Shown one piece after another: positions 26,201 to 39,189 of a stretch of 64,000 nucleotides of DNA; position 1 is the stretch's first letter; every line of letters starts with the position of its first letter. The position numbers were made by a program, and so were the translations under genes. Location of the stretch: the NCBI GenBank assembly GCA_973851085.1, contig OZ316775.1:3224001-3288000 (forward strand), read 5' to 3'. A model generated the notes under the pieces. It did not search any database and had not been told where the DNA came from. It saw only the letters and a list, made by a program, of their open reading frames with translations. Source of the DNA: Ptychomitrium polyphyllum. Its lineage: Eukaryota.

Positions 26201-28600
26201 TAAGCAACCTATGCAATATTTATAATGATTTAGAATCTCTACCAGGCCTATATTTTCAAATGAAAGAAGATATGATAATAATAAGATACTTTTATACATA
26301 CTTGTAGAAGTTTTAAATGAAGGATCATTAAAAAATGATACTTCATGCCTTCCATTGACATAATCCATTATTAGAAAGAATATGACCATATTTAGACCCT
26401 TTATTACCATCAATTCATAATTTGAAGGTATTATTTATAGATGTTATCTTTGATTAAGAGAAGAACCAATTGATTTATTATTTTGACATAGATAAAATTG
26501 ATTTATCTATAAGCACCTATTTATATGAATAAGAGAAATTCAAAGCACATAGGATCATTTTAAAACCAATTAATTTTCATGATTGATTATTTGTTAAATT
26601 TTTAGTGTATACAAATTATGAATGAAAATATATATTTGAATCCAATATTTTAAAATAAAAAATAAAAATCATCTAATAATATATTATAAATTATCATACT
26701 AATAGAAATTTAAAAAATCATTTCCTATAAGAAATAAGTTATTTCTTAACTTAGACTTGGTAAACATATATTTGAACTTACATACAAAATTTTGTCTTTT
26801 TCACTAATTTAGGCCATTATTGTTTATTTTCTTCTTGTAAATTATATAAAGAATATAAAATAAATAAAAATAATGATTGTAAAGATTTGTTGTATTTGTA
26901 GTATTTCTGAATTTGTATATGGATATGTACAGATAGATAATAAAGCTGAAAAAAAAAAACAAATGACGCTAGAAGATAACATGAATTTTTATGCATAAAT
27001 ACAAGCACAATTTGCAAAAATAAAAAAAGTCATAGAAAGAAAAGAATTGAACTAAGAAAACATAAGATTTATTAATATTTTAAAATTCTTCACTCATCTT
27101 TATATTAAATGTTAAAGCCTTGTAGTAAATTTTTGTATATGATAAATGTTTAATGGAATTGTAGATAACAAAAACTATTATCCCTACTTCTATTTAAATC
27201 TTAATTTACATAATAGACAACTTTTGTTAAAAATTGTTAAGTTTTAATGTCTTTTCTAAGTTTTCCAATTTATATAGAAAAATCCAAAAATGTACACATA
27301 TATTTAATATAATTATTAACTTTTAATAGAATCATAATATTAAAACTAAATTTGGTAGAACAAGTTCTTAAACAATAAGACTATATATTAATTATAATGA
27401 TAAACAGTTTTTCATCATCAATGTTTCAACAAATTTTAATCATAGACGCAAATATGAAATCCATGTTGTAATTAAAAATAAATAGGCGGAAAAACTATCA
27501 TTTAAATAACCTGAAAATTTTGTTTTTTTCAAAGTATAAAAGATCATTTACAATAATTATGCAACAACTTCTTAAACATGGAGCAATAAGAATCTTTAAA
27601 CCTTTAATAATATTTATTGGAGATTTGATATACAAGTTAATAAAAATATATTGAAAAATAATTATAAAAAATCCTACATATAAAGTAATTTGAACATAAG
27701 TTAAAGAGCATGATAGAATCAAGAAATATATTATTGTAATGTCTTATAAATAAGAATATATACTATAATACATTTAAAATATTTACACCAATTTTTCTAT
27801 TAAATCCATTTAATTAAAGAATGCAGCACAAAGACATTAGGTGAAAAGTATGTAAAATTTGTATTAGAATAATTTATTAATTAAAAAGAATATACAATGC
27901 ATTTGAATCAATTTATTAATGTTTTACTTGGAATTACACTATACACCATGGATATTCTTGAAATTGTATTACATCCATATCATTGATATTTGATTTCAAA
28001 GTTATGCATTTAATGTATATGTTATGTTAGTCTATACAAAATTACATTGACAATATTTTTCAAAGCATCATTGCAAAGATATAAAGTCAAGAAAAAATTA
28101 TGATGCATTCCAAGTGATATAAACAACACATGTTAACATTATCAATAGCAAATACATGATATGTTTGTATACATGCAAACAATGTTAATACAAATTCTTA
28201 AAGAATAGTCTTAAGAACTTTTAAACTAATATAATTAAACATTCATCAAGTAATATATGATACAAAATCTTCTACAACTTAAAAATGCTCCAACACCAAT
28301 TAAAAAGCAAATGTCTACAGTGGCAACAAAAAAAGCATATCTATATTTGTAGTGAAATTATGATAATATAGAATAAATTATATTAATCAAAAGGTCCAAT
28401 AATTGAGGGATATTTGATTTTTTAATCTTTCAAACCTAACTACATAAACAATTGTAATCTTCAATATCTTTTGAGTAGAGAAGATTAGATAAAATCAACT
28501 TCCTCTCCGAGACAAGTTATGCATTTGTTAAATTACTTGATAAAACTAATCCATAAGGAAAAAAAACACCATAATTAAAAACCAATTAATCATTCGGAAA
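20230..28600. other. Very AT-rich gene-free tract, probably decayed transposon or other repeat relics
   Basis: Strong AT bias, CpG depletion and no credible ORFs; one more GC-balanced block at ~23000-24400. Confidence 0.55.
23030..24350 (+). mobile_element. Possible LTR-PBS fragment of a second LTR retrotransposon
   Basis: ...TTGTTACA-ACT-TGGTATTGGAGC at ~23931-23953 resembles an LTR end plus tRNA-iMet PBS (TGGTATCAGAGC), inside a compositionally distinct block. Outer boundaries approximate. Confidence 0.4.
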
Positions 28601-29251
28601 AACATAAAAGCTAAAAAAACCATAATAAAGAATTAACAGATAAATAGGATGAGAAATGACTCCAAGCTCTGATCAAAATTTCCAAAATATACCAATTTCT
28701 AATAAGTTCCCGATTTTTGTAGCTTCCAAGATAGTGTTGGTGATTGCAACAATTACCAATAGCTGGCAATGAATTTGCAGTCACACCTACGAACTTCCTA
28801 TCGACACGTCGCAAAACTTCAAATAGAACGGCCAACCGAACCACAGTAGAGGTCTTCGAACACCTAGCCAGACTCTAGAAAAGCCAACAGTCCCAAGCCA
28901 ACAAATGGCTCACACAGCTCACATCATTCATCCCCACGATGACGGATCGGTCTAAAACTAGACAGAGAGCTCACAGAAGAAATAAGAAACAAAGCCCACC
29001 GACGTCTGTCGACTCCCGTCGTCGCCGAATGGCGACACTCCCGTCCCCAGTCGATGGCGTCCGTCAACGTTCTTCGTCAATCGACGTAGTCGGAAGGTGA
29101 GGCTTCCGCCCGAGTGCTGGGCAGCGCGGCTCCAGCGAGCGGGGGCGTTGGAAATGCACTGCAGAGCCCCGGCGAGACTTACCCAACAAACACACTCACC
29201 GATACTTGTACAGTCCATCGCCTTCACTGCTGGTACCTTACACACCGCAAC

Positions 29252-32200
29252 TACGCGACCCGCCCCAAAGTTTTGCCATTCGCGTGTTCGCATCGCCAAG
29301 ATCGGGCGCCGGACACGCACCGAGGAAGCTTCCGGAGGTGGGACGTTGGGCGTCGCTGGATTGTTGAGCGCTGGGGCGGGGAGCTCGGTGCGGGCGGCGA
29401 GCGAGGAAGCGGGAGAGCGCGGGAGGCAGTTTTGCGTGCCGAGGCGATCGGCAGAATAAGACCTAGGGAGCGATGGGGGGAGAGCCGGAGGGCGCGGCAG
29501 CTGGGGCGGAGGGCAGCGCGGCGGGGAGCATGAAGAGCAGCAGCGGCAGCGACGCCGTGGTGCACGTGCGGTGCTCGAACGGCAACAAGTTCACGGTGGA
29601 GGTGGACCTGGGCGCCACCGTGCTGGGGTTGAAGGGGCTGCTGGTGGAGAAGTCGGAGATTCCCGCGGACCAGCAGCGGCTGATTTACAAGGGGCGCGTG
29701 CTCAAGGACGAGCATGTGCTCGACAGCTACGGTGAGTGCGCGAGGGACCGGTCGGTCGAGGGATTGGTGGCGCTGGTGAATTATGCTGGCGGGGGCGGGT
29801 GCTGCGGATGTGGTGGTTCTTTGGGAATTGGATGTGCGATGGCGGGTTAGGGTTTGGGGCGAGCTTGTTGAATTGTGGACGTGGTGGCGTCCGTGCGAAT
29901 TCCGTGGCGGCAGGTCGATCGGGCGATCGTTTTAGGGTATTGCATGCGGACCTGGTCGAGTGCACGGGCCCCCTCTTCTGTTGTCTCGGTTTCTCGTACT
30001 GGACGTCGGAGGATTGTGAAACAGGGCGCTTGTGGAGGCTTCATCGTTCGGGTGATGTGTATGTCGAGCGTCGTGTTCGTGAAACATGCCACGCGGAGGC
30101 CGGTTTGCGAGTCGGGTGTCCTTGATGAATTGCTTTGCCGTGTGGGGCGCGAGAATTTTGTGTCTGGCTCGCTCTGGAACCGAAGGATGCCAACGACGGA
30201 GCCTCCGGAGGACTTGTTTGCACTCCGTACGTGGGTCGTCCGATGCTCGGTCGTCACGTTTCGAGCATGTTGTCCCCGAGGAGAACCGTTACAGATTGAC
30301 ATGACAAGCGACGAGCTTTGTCCTGGTTGCAGATAGGTTGATTGCGACTCTGATGCGTGTTTCTGGCAATGTTTGGATCAGGTCTGCAAACCGATCACAC
30401 GGTCCATCTGGTGCGAGGAGCGCCGGCTGCATCCGCACCCGCTGCCAGTCCCGCCCCGACGCCGAGCCCTGCGTCCGCAGCTCCTGCTGGAAACGCCGCC
30501 GGGCTGGGGAGCGTCCCTGGATTGGGCGGCCTGGCTTTCCCGGACATGGGGGCGCTGGGGCCGGGGGGCGGGGCTGCTCCGCCGTTCGGCATGGGGGCGT
30601 CGGAGTTCCAGCAGGTGCAGCAGCAGCTGATGCAGAACCCGAACCTGATGCGGGAGATGATGAACATGCCGGCGGTGCAGAACCTGATGAACAACCCGGA
30701 TCTGATGCGGTCCCTGATCATGAGCAACCCGCAGATGCGGGAGATCATCGACCGGAACCCGGACCTGGCCCACATCCTGAACGACCCCGGGACGCTCCGG
30801 CAGACGCTGGACGCCGCTCGCAACCCGGAGCTGATGCGCGAGATGATGCGGAACACGGATCGGGCGATGAGCAACATCGAGGCATCGCCGGAGGGGTTCA
30901 ACATGCTGAGGCGCATGTACGAGACGGTGCAGGAGCCTCTGCTGAACGCCGCGACGATGGGCGGCGAAGGTGGGAACGACATGGCGGCAAACCCGTTCGC
31001 AGCCCTGATGGGCATGAACGGGGCCGCACAGGGCCAGGCGCAGGGGCAGGGCGCGGCGAACGCGACGGGAGCTGCCGGGACGACGGTGCCGAACACCGCT
31101 CCTCTGCCGAATCCGTGGAACCCTAGACGTAAGTGCTGGTTGTGGTCGGTATGTGGTCGCGGACGGATGTGAGTGCAGAGTGCGGATAGCGTGTTAGAGC
31201 AGGGTGCGGCCCTGGACGTGCTCGAGGAGGAGGCGTCGCTGCAGGGGGGAGAATGTTTGTGTGGGTGGCGGGACGTTTGGGTCCTTTGTGGTCCATGCAG
31301 GCAGGCGGACGGGGAGGTGTGTTCAGGTGGACTGAGTTTTCAAAGAATGCTTTGATACCAGTATATCCTATCTGTACTCAGGTGTATCTGGAGCATCCAA
31401 GTGGTGTAACGAGATAGTAAAAAGCTTAAATGCTAATCAATTAAAACGAATGAATAAATCTTATGTATGGATGCAGCGTTAAGCAGTGGCTAAGTGTATG
31501 GTGGGCTGTGGTTTGCAGCAGCGGGGACCGGAAGCGGAGGTGGGCAGGCCCCGTCGGCTGCACCCGGAGCGGGCGTCGGGGCAGGTCTGCCAGACTTGAG
31601 CGGGCTCGCGGGGTTGGGGCTGCCGGACCTTGGAATGATGGGTGGCGGAGGGGGCCTCTTGGATCCGACGACGATGCAGCAGATGCTTCAGAACCCCCAA
31701 ATACAGCAGATGATGCAGGGGCTCTTGTCGAATCCCGCATACATGGACCAGGTGAGGCTATCCTTCTGGCATCGCACCTGGAAGGATGACGAGGTGCTTG
31801 ACCTGCAGGACGAGGAAGGATTCTGTGGTCTGCTCTCTGTCGTACCAGTCGACGTCTCCGTCGTGTGAGGCCTTTGCACGATTGGGCATTGTTCTGGCGA
31901 GGTCCCGCCGCTCTTGGGTCGTTTGACCCGACTGGATTTGTGGCGAGGTTCCGTTCTCATGCCCGCTGGTGGTGGTGTGGCAGATAATGAACATGCAGCC
32001 CCAGCTCCGAACGATGTTGAATCAGAACCCCCAATTTAGAGAGATGATGCAGAGTCCAGACTTCATCCGGCAGATGAGCAGTCCCGAGAGCCTGCAGGTA
32101 CTTGGTCTTGGATTTGTATGTCGGGCAGCATGCGGTGATGATGTAGAATCTGTTCAGTTGCTGGATCGCAACACACGTGCTGCAAGGTGTGTGCGGCGAC

Positions 32201-33853
32201 GGTAGGAGTTTTGAAGGGTCAAGGTGCATTGCTTGGATGTCGAGTGCAGTCATCAGATGTTCCATTATGCTCATGCCAGTGTTTGTGCGACTGAAATGAG
32301 CTCGTTGGACGTGGCCCGTGATGTCCTGCAGCAACTGATGCAACTGCAGCAACAAATGATGGGTACGCGCGGACCGCAAGCCACCGGACAGTACGTTCTT
32401 TCACCTCGTCGATGTGCACGATAATGTTGTGGCGATTAGGCTTATGCGGCTATGTGTGGCGGACACACCCTTGCTGCAGGTTTCGAGTGCGGTTGGGCTG
32501 GTAGCGCGCGGTGCGAAGGGGCATTTGGGTTGTTCCGTGTGCCGTCATGGGGTTCGTGAGTCTTGGCATGAGGCTGGAGACACCCCTAACCTTGGGCTAC
32601 ATTTATTTGCAGGAACACGGGCGCAGCGGGAGGGGGTCTGGTTGGAGCTCCGGGGATGAACATGGATGCTTTGCTGAACATGTTTGGAGGACTCGGTGGT
32701 GCCGCGCCTGGCAACCCTGACGGTACGTGACTATGACCCTTGAGTAGTGTGGTCCGGGAGGGAGGGGGGGAGAGGGGGCAGGCGTTTGCACGAGACGTGC
32801 CCGTGGCATCCGGTACAGTGGCAGTGTTGTGGCGGGATGGGCCGGGGCCCCGACGGATGACCCGAGGGGCTGGTCGGTGCTGTCTGTGGGTCGTCGGACG
32901 AGCGGGCGCGGTGGGTCTGACTGGTTGGACGTGATGTTGCGGATGATGCAGTTCCGGCGGAGCAACTGTACGCATCGCAGCTGTCCCAGCTGGCGGAGAT
33001 GGGGTTTGTGGATACGCAAGAGAACATTCGGGCGCTTAGTGCCGTCGGTGGGAACGTACATGCTGCAGTGGAGCGGCTGCTAGGGAATCTGGGATAGGGA
33101 CCTTTCAGACGAAAGTGGGCCGAGCATTTTGAGAGCCCGGATGGCCGCAGTGGCCGGAGCCCGGCTCTCGCGTGCGTCGGCCGGGTCTTTCTTTGCGGCT
33201 ATGCGTTATTTTCTCAGCTTCCATCCTGGTAGGGGAGTCGTGGTGGTTTTCCTGTGGAGCGCGAGAGAGGGCGAGGAGAGGGCGATGCGGCCACTAATTT
33301 TGAGGGGTCTTGCTGTGCGTATGGTGATGTCACCCTCCTCTGATTTCGGAGGGCCGGGTGTGTAACTTAGTAGAAGATAAATTGCGTGCCCCACCAAATT
33401 GGAACACGTGTGGTGGCAGCAGGAAAGGTCTACACATACATGTAAGGGGTTGTGTATAGTTCTCTATTTTTACCGGGACATTCCGTCCACCCTCGGATGC
33501 GAGGGAAATTGAAGGAGCGGGTGCAGCTTAATTAAGTGAGATATTGGAGCACGGCGGGTGTGCACGCGTGTGATGGTCCGTGTGCTGGAGAGCGAGAGGG
33601 TTTGGCCGAGTGGGTGGCATGTGTGGTATTGTAGTGGATAATGAACACGTCTGCTTGGTCGAGGTGATGGTGGTGCAGGCTTGTGGCTGGAGTTGGCCAA
33701 CCCAGTGGGTGCCTTGGTGGTGGTTGGGTGGTGAAGTTCTGTGTGCAGTCGGTGGTGGGCACGATAGGTAATTGCATGGGGTGTTGGAAGGGGGAGGGTC
33801 GCTCGTGCTGTATGCTGCAGGTGGTTGGCGTGATTGAGCTGCTGTGAACTTGT
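29252..33853 (+). repeat. Left arm of a 4.6 kb inverted repeat
   Basis: Reverse complement of 39190-43791 (paired positions sum to 73043). All ORFs lying wholly inside the arm have identical mirror ORFs, and no indel shifts the offset. Confidence 0.97.
29473..33097 (+). CDS. DSK2: Ubiquilin / DSK2 ubiquitin receptor (UBL-STI1-UBA), copy 1
   Basis: Exons 29473-29731, 30382-31128, 31519-31751, 31984-32097, 32332-32390, 32613-32722, 32952-33097. [16 protein letters not shown]...[16 protein letters not shown]1 repeats [49 protein letters not shown]...[12 protein letters not shown]. Confidence 0.96.
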
Positions 33854-36800
33854 TTGGAAGTATTCAGATTTTTTGTGATTTTTCGGTTTGCATATGTTCG
33901 TGTGTATGTTTCGATTTGGAATGCAGTGTCAGGTTTGTTGCGGTCAGTTTTAGTAGATTTACAGTTAACTTGTTAGTTTTGGTAGACTTGTTAGCGTTTG
34001 CTTTTTACACGGTTGCTTACAGGCTTGTGGGAATGTTTTGAAGTTGGATATAGTTATGCATGGTACTACTTTTTTGGCGGAGTTATCAGTTACGTACTGT
34101 TATCATCCGTGCTAGTGCAGTACTTTACTTCCTATGTGATTGCTTAACTTTGATGAATATTGTCTGCAGTGGAGTTACTTGCTAGATGCTGTACTGTAGA
34201 TAGAAAGGGTAGTGTGGTTAATGAATGCAATGGATGTTTTAGAATTCTATGTTTTTATGACTTGAAAGGACTACGAATGACATTAATATTTTCGTAAATT
34301 GTTCGAGAAGTGTGGTGAGAATGAAAGTTTATGAGGTTTTTGGGTGTGGTATGTACGTGGAGTTGAAGGAACGTTCTGGTTTGGTCACGTAATTAAAGGA
34401 CTAATCATGAGAAATTGCCCTAGTACACATGATATATTGGTATAAACTAAATTTCCGATTGGTTGACTGCATGGCAGGGAGAGGTTTTTTTGGTAGTATT
34501 GCCATGACTTAGTGGGTGGACATTATGAAGTTCAATTATATATGAGAATTCCTAATAGTGAAGTATCAAGTTACTAATGTAGGTGTGTTTCAAGTCTTTT
34601 GTTCTTTAAATGTCTTGTTGTTCCTTGTTGTATTCTGTAAGGATTAAGAGCCTTGTGTACTTGGGATGATTTGTGTCAGTTTAGTTTTGTACGATGACAG
34701 TTTTGTTCGTGTGGTAATACCAACTGCGGTCATTATTTTAGGATGAGGTTGGATATTCCGTTATTGCACAACAGAAACTGTGTGGTATGGCTCAACAAAA
34801 TCTTCCAGACAGGCTGAACTTGGTGATAAGAGTTTTTAATTTAATACACAAGATTAACAAGTACACAAATTTATAAAATAAACACAACATAGAGTTATTG
34901 AACACTGGATGTCTCTGGACCAGTACATAGAGACATTTCTACAAGTTCCTACGTTGTAAGTTCTCATCTGATAGTGTTCATCTCCCTTCAAGAAGGTATG
35001 CAATTGTTACAGAAGGTAGACAGGCCCATGGGGGCATGTACGTAGGACATTCATTCTAGATTGATTGGAGTTAAAGGCATGTACGACGGGGCTACATTTT
35101 TACTTTCTCCAAAGACATTTTGGTGGTTACTTGTTAGGTGGTGGAATGGGTTGCCCAACTTAGACATATATTGATAATCTTTTGCAATAGTTAAGTTGTG
35201 ATTTAAATTAGAAGCAAGTTATGATTGTAATATTAGAGTTTTAACGAGGAGCTTTTAATATATGTTCAAAAACATTTGAGTTGTTATATAATAGCATCAA
35301 ATATATATAATAAGCATAAACAAGTTTGTCTACATTGAGAATATGTCTAAAATGTTTTAGGAACTTAAATCATAAATAACAACAATTCAACACCTCTCTT
35401 ATTATTAATGCAAATTGGTAGATCTTTAGTGGCTATTCAACCACTTTCTAGTTCCTTGTTCAACTTGATGAATCTAACCAATCAAATTGGCAATAAATAT
35501 GTGGTTTTTGTTGCTTTTTACATTTTGAATTCATAATCATATGATTTATACATTCAATCTTTATTTATATGATTTCGTAAAGAAAAATTTTAAGACTAAA
35601 AAACACATATTCCTATCTTGCAAATTTGAACTCTTAGATTATTAAATTAATTAACATCAACATGTCATTATTTTGAAGATTGCATATTCAATCAAACTAC
35701 AATTTAATTCCAAAATTGTCAAACATTTTTATCACCTATATTCCAACTTTTAGGATGTGGTTTCTAATATGGTGTTAGATTCTTAACAATAGAAAGCACA
35801 TTGATATTAAAGAATTTAGATTCAAGCAATTTCAATCAAGGTTTGCTAATAATATATAAATGAGACTGTATGTTGGATTAAGAAAATACAAATTTAGATA
35901 TATGAAATCACTTACAAAGTGCATGATTGAGCATTTTTGAATTGATGTTCTTTTATTAAAAAAATTAAATTATATTGCATCCAAATATTTTATATCGTAA
36001 TTGTAATGTACTTTTTAGAGTTGGATACTGAATTATTAAGTTTTCAGAATGTTTTTAAAAACACATAAATGAATGTGGCTTTTCAATATATTCTTTTACT
36101 TTGAAGCCATGAATATCCAAGGAACTAGAGTGTCACAAAAACAAACAAGGATGATATTCTTTAGCACTTTTTAATTAGAATGTGAGAACTTAAAAAAATA
36201 ATAATAATGAGGGCGTGTGGTTGAACTTGGTTTGGTGACTTTGGTACACAAACTCCTATAATCTACAATTGAACAATTGTACCTTGAATACAGAATCATT
36301 TCCATGGATAAGAATGTTTAGAGAGTTACTGAAGAACGTTATAATCTTCACTTGATTGAGGACGTTCTCACATGTTAATCATGTGCGTGGCGGATAGGTC
36401 TAGAATGGAGTAGAAAATGATCACTAACTTATTTGCAACAAACCATCTCGGGAACCCAATTAAGTGCTGCAAATTCATATATGAGAACACTATCATAATT
36501 ATTGTATTTAGTATCATACACCATTTATTATCTTGGTAACAACGTTACAGGTGACAGATATTCACTAATATTCAAACCAGGAAACCTTTTCACCCTTGGT
36601 ATTACTGACATAGTTCAACGTCTTATATTTAGTTTCATTTCAGTTCATTTAGAGTTTACAACAGTAGGGCACAATATTTAGTGTGCTCGTTTGTTTCTGT
36701 GCTGTACAAACGAGCATTCGGAAGGAGAATAATGATGCCCTGCGCATGCAGAAACTGAATCACAGCCTTGTCCTTGGGCGTTCAGACATGAGTCTGTTTC

Positions 36801-37971
36801 CCTGTAATCCACATCAGGGTGACTGTCAAGAGCACCACGCCTGGCATGACAAAAACACTCACACCCCACTTTCTACATGCAGTCTCCCACAGTTGCTCAA
36901 GCTTAGCCTCCAACGGGGTTTCCAAATAGCACCTAGGAGACTAAATTACTACCCTGCACTTCTGTTTCTTCACTGCTGCTTGGTGGTTCCCATTGCACAG
37001 CCCTATTTTCCTAAGGCACAGAATTTGCTGTAATGGGACCATGTACACAAACTTCCTGTTGCAGTGATAAATGAATGACTAGACATATATATTTCTATGG
37101 ACCAGTTTCTTTTTACTAAGTGGAAGCATATTAAAGTGAACCCAAAATATGCCTTAAAGTGAGCCAAAGAAATTATAATTTGAAACACAGTAATAGAAAG
37201 TTCTATTCCTATCATTATCTATTTTCTTTTGTCATATGAATTCGCAACATACTTATTTATAATTTCCAAAGATGTTGTAGCAAGTAAATACATTGAAGTT
37301 GGTACTTAGAGGCTCCAAAGTAAGATAAAGTCAATGCAAAGTTTTAAGAAATGATTAATTTTATTGACTATATGGTGGTTTTCCTTTCTAATAAGAAATA
37401 CACACCTTATGAAGATGCCAAAGTGTACCAAAGAAGAAAAAAACAGAAGTCTTAACCATTAACATGGTTTGTGATCAATACCAAGTAAAAATCCATAATT
37501 AAAATTTTTAAGAACTATAACTTTCTTTGTTTCAACATTTTAATTTCTAATGAGTGTAAATTTCCTTTACATTAAAAATAGTAGGCATAATTCACAACTC
37601 TAATTGAAAAAAAATCCTAACAAAAATCTATTTTTTGATGGACATATATAATTTTTTAAATTATTCTTGTTATATAGAGTTATGAATGGAATTTGTCTTT
37701 ACATATAAAATGTAAACAATGATATACAATTCAATTGTTTTGAAGATTGAACATTATGAATAAACTCTATTTTCAATGTTATCTATAATTAGTACAATTT
37801 GCAATGTATATTATTAATTAATACTTTTGAAAGTCACTACAAACAATTCTAAACAGAATTTAACGATTTTACGTTCAATTATTTGCATTGACAATCATTG
37901 TTGTCAATATTATATTTCTCTTCATAGTTTTTGCATCACTTCTTTTTATTACCAATGTATCCAATATTTGA

Positions 37972-38538
37972 CTAATCAATATTGTCCTCTTCATGAGAAT
38001 CTGAGTGTATTATATTCAAGTGATTGCCACCAAAATCTTGAAAAGATAATTCAACATCTTGCTGCAATTCATGAGTTGAATTCGATTCCTCCATAGATTC
38101 TTTCATGTCTTTAAGATAACTTGAAGGATCTTCTGTGTTGCAGTTTTGTGGCTTATTACATGACTTCCTATGGCCACCCAACGCTGGTCCAGTTTTGAAC
38201 GTAGATCCACACTTCTTACATTGAAATGATTTTTCACTATTTTGACATTTAGTTGAGTTATAGACTCTTCGCCTTTTCTTTCCTGTCCTCATTTTAATGT
38301 TGCTATAATCTATTCCTTTATTCTTATCAATCCTCATTGCCAAATTAGATAATTCTTCACCTCCATAAGTTGAAGAAAGAACAGTACTTACATTGTTGTT
38401 ACTTTTGGCATTATTCACCGGTATATTAAACACTTCATGATTCCCATACCTTAAAAAAGATATTCCACCCACTTGCAATAGTAGCAAACTACTTGCAACT
38501 TCTAATTCTGTAACAGTCCATACCAGAGAATTATCCAT
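37972..38538 (-). CDS. Divergent single-finger ZAT/C1-type zinc-finger protein
   Basis: Intronless ORF from the Met at 38538: L-box-like ELEVASSLLLL, basic GKKRRR, finger FQCKKCGSTFKTGPALGGHRKSC (variant of the plant QALGGH motif). TATA-like CTATAAA at ~38682-38688 on the minus strand. Confidence 0.72.
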   Translation of the reverse strand: MDNSLVWTVTELEVASSLLLLQVGGISFLRYGNHEVFNIPVNNAKSNNNVSTVLSSTYGGEELSNLAMRIDKNKGIDYSNIKMRTGKKRRRVYNSTKCQNSEKSFQCKKCGSTFKTGPALGGHRKSCNKPQNCNTEDPSSYLKDMKESMEESNSTHELQQDVELSFQDFGGNHLNIIHSDSHEEDNID

Positions 38539-39189
38539 GTTTTTCACGAAATAAAATAACACAAATAACAAATTAAACACTCAAAAACTAAGTTTATTTC
38601 ACTTCATAAGTACACTCTACAGTTAATGTGAAATACAAAAGCGAAAATTAACATACAAAATTCCAGACCATAAAAACTCCTTTATAGGTTCGAAACTAAG
38701 AAATTAAAAGTTGAAGGATTATTTTTGGTATACTAAAATAAATTCATTACAAAAGATATTTAAAAAAAAGTAAAGGTCGAAAAATTACTTTAATTGGAAC
38801 CCAAACGTTGAAGAAAGATGTCCTCTGTACGTCTACTGTCATGAGTTAGAAAACCTCAGACTACTCAAGTTCCCACATCAATAAATGTTTTCATCTTGAA
38901 ACTTTCACTTTAATTATTCCCTAATGATAAACAAAGCTATACGAATCAACAACTACTACGCTAATGACAGCTCACCAAACCACCAATCTTCAAGAGGTCA
39001 ACAACTAATCGAGAAAGAACCTCACTATAAACAAATAAACCTTATTATGACAAACACTTCATAACTCTAAATCGGTATTTCCTCACTCACATTTGCAACA
39101 AAATAAGATTAATAGGAAAAAAAAAAAACACCAATACTTCAATAAGTCTACGACACTTGATTTGACTAAACAAACCTGGAAAAACTCCG

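Noticed and set aside
29097..33777. Many overlapping ORFs on both strands in the DSK2 arms (e.g. 262 aa, 233 aa, 154 aa)
   Set aside because: Alternative-frame and antisense shadows expected in GC-rich DNA with few stops; no recognisable domains.
34909..34936. 8 bp stem ATGTCTCT...AGAGACAT in the spacer
   Set aside because: Too short to distinguish from chance.
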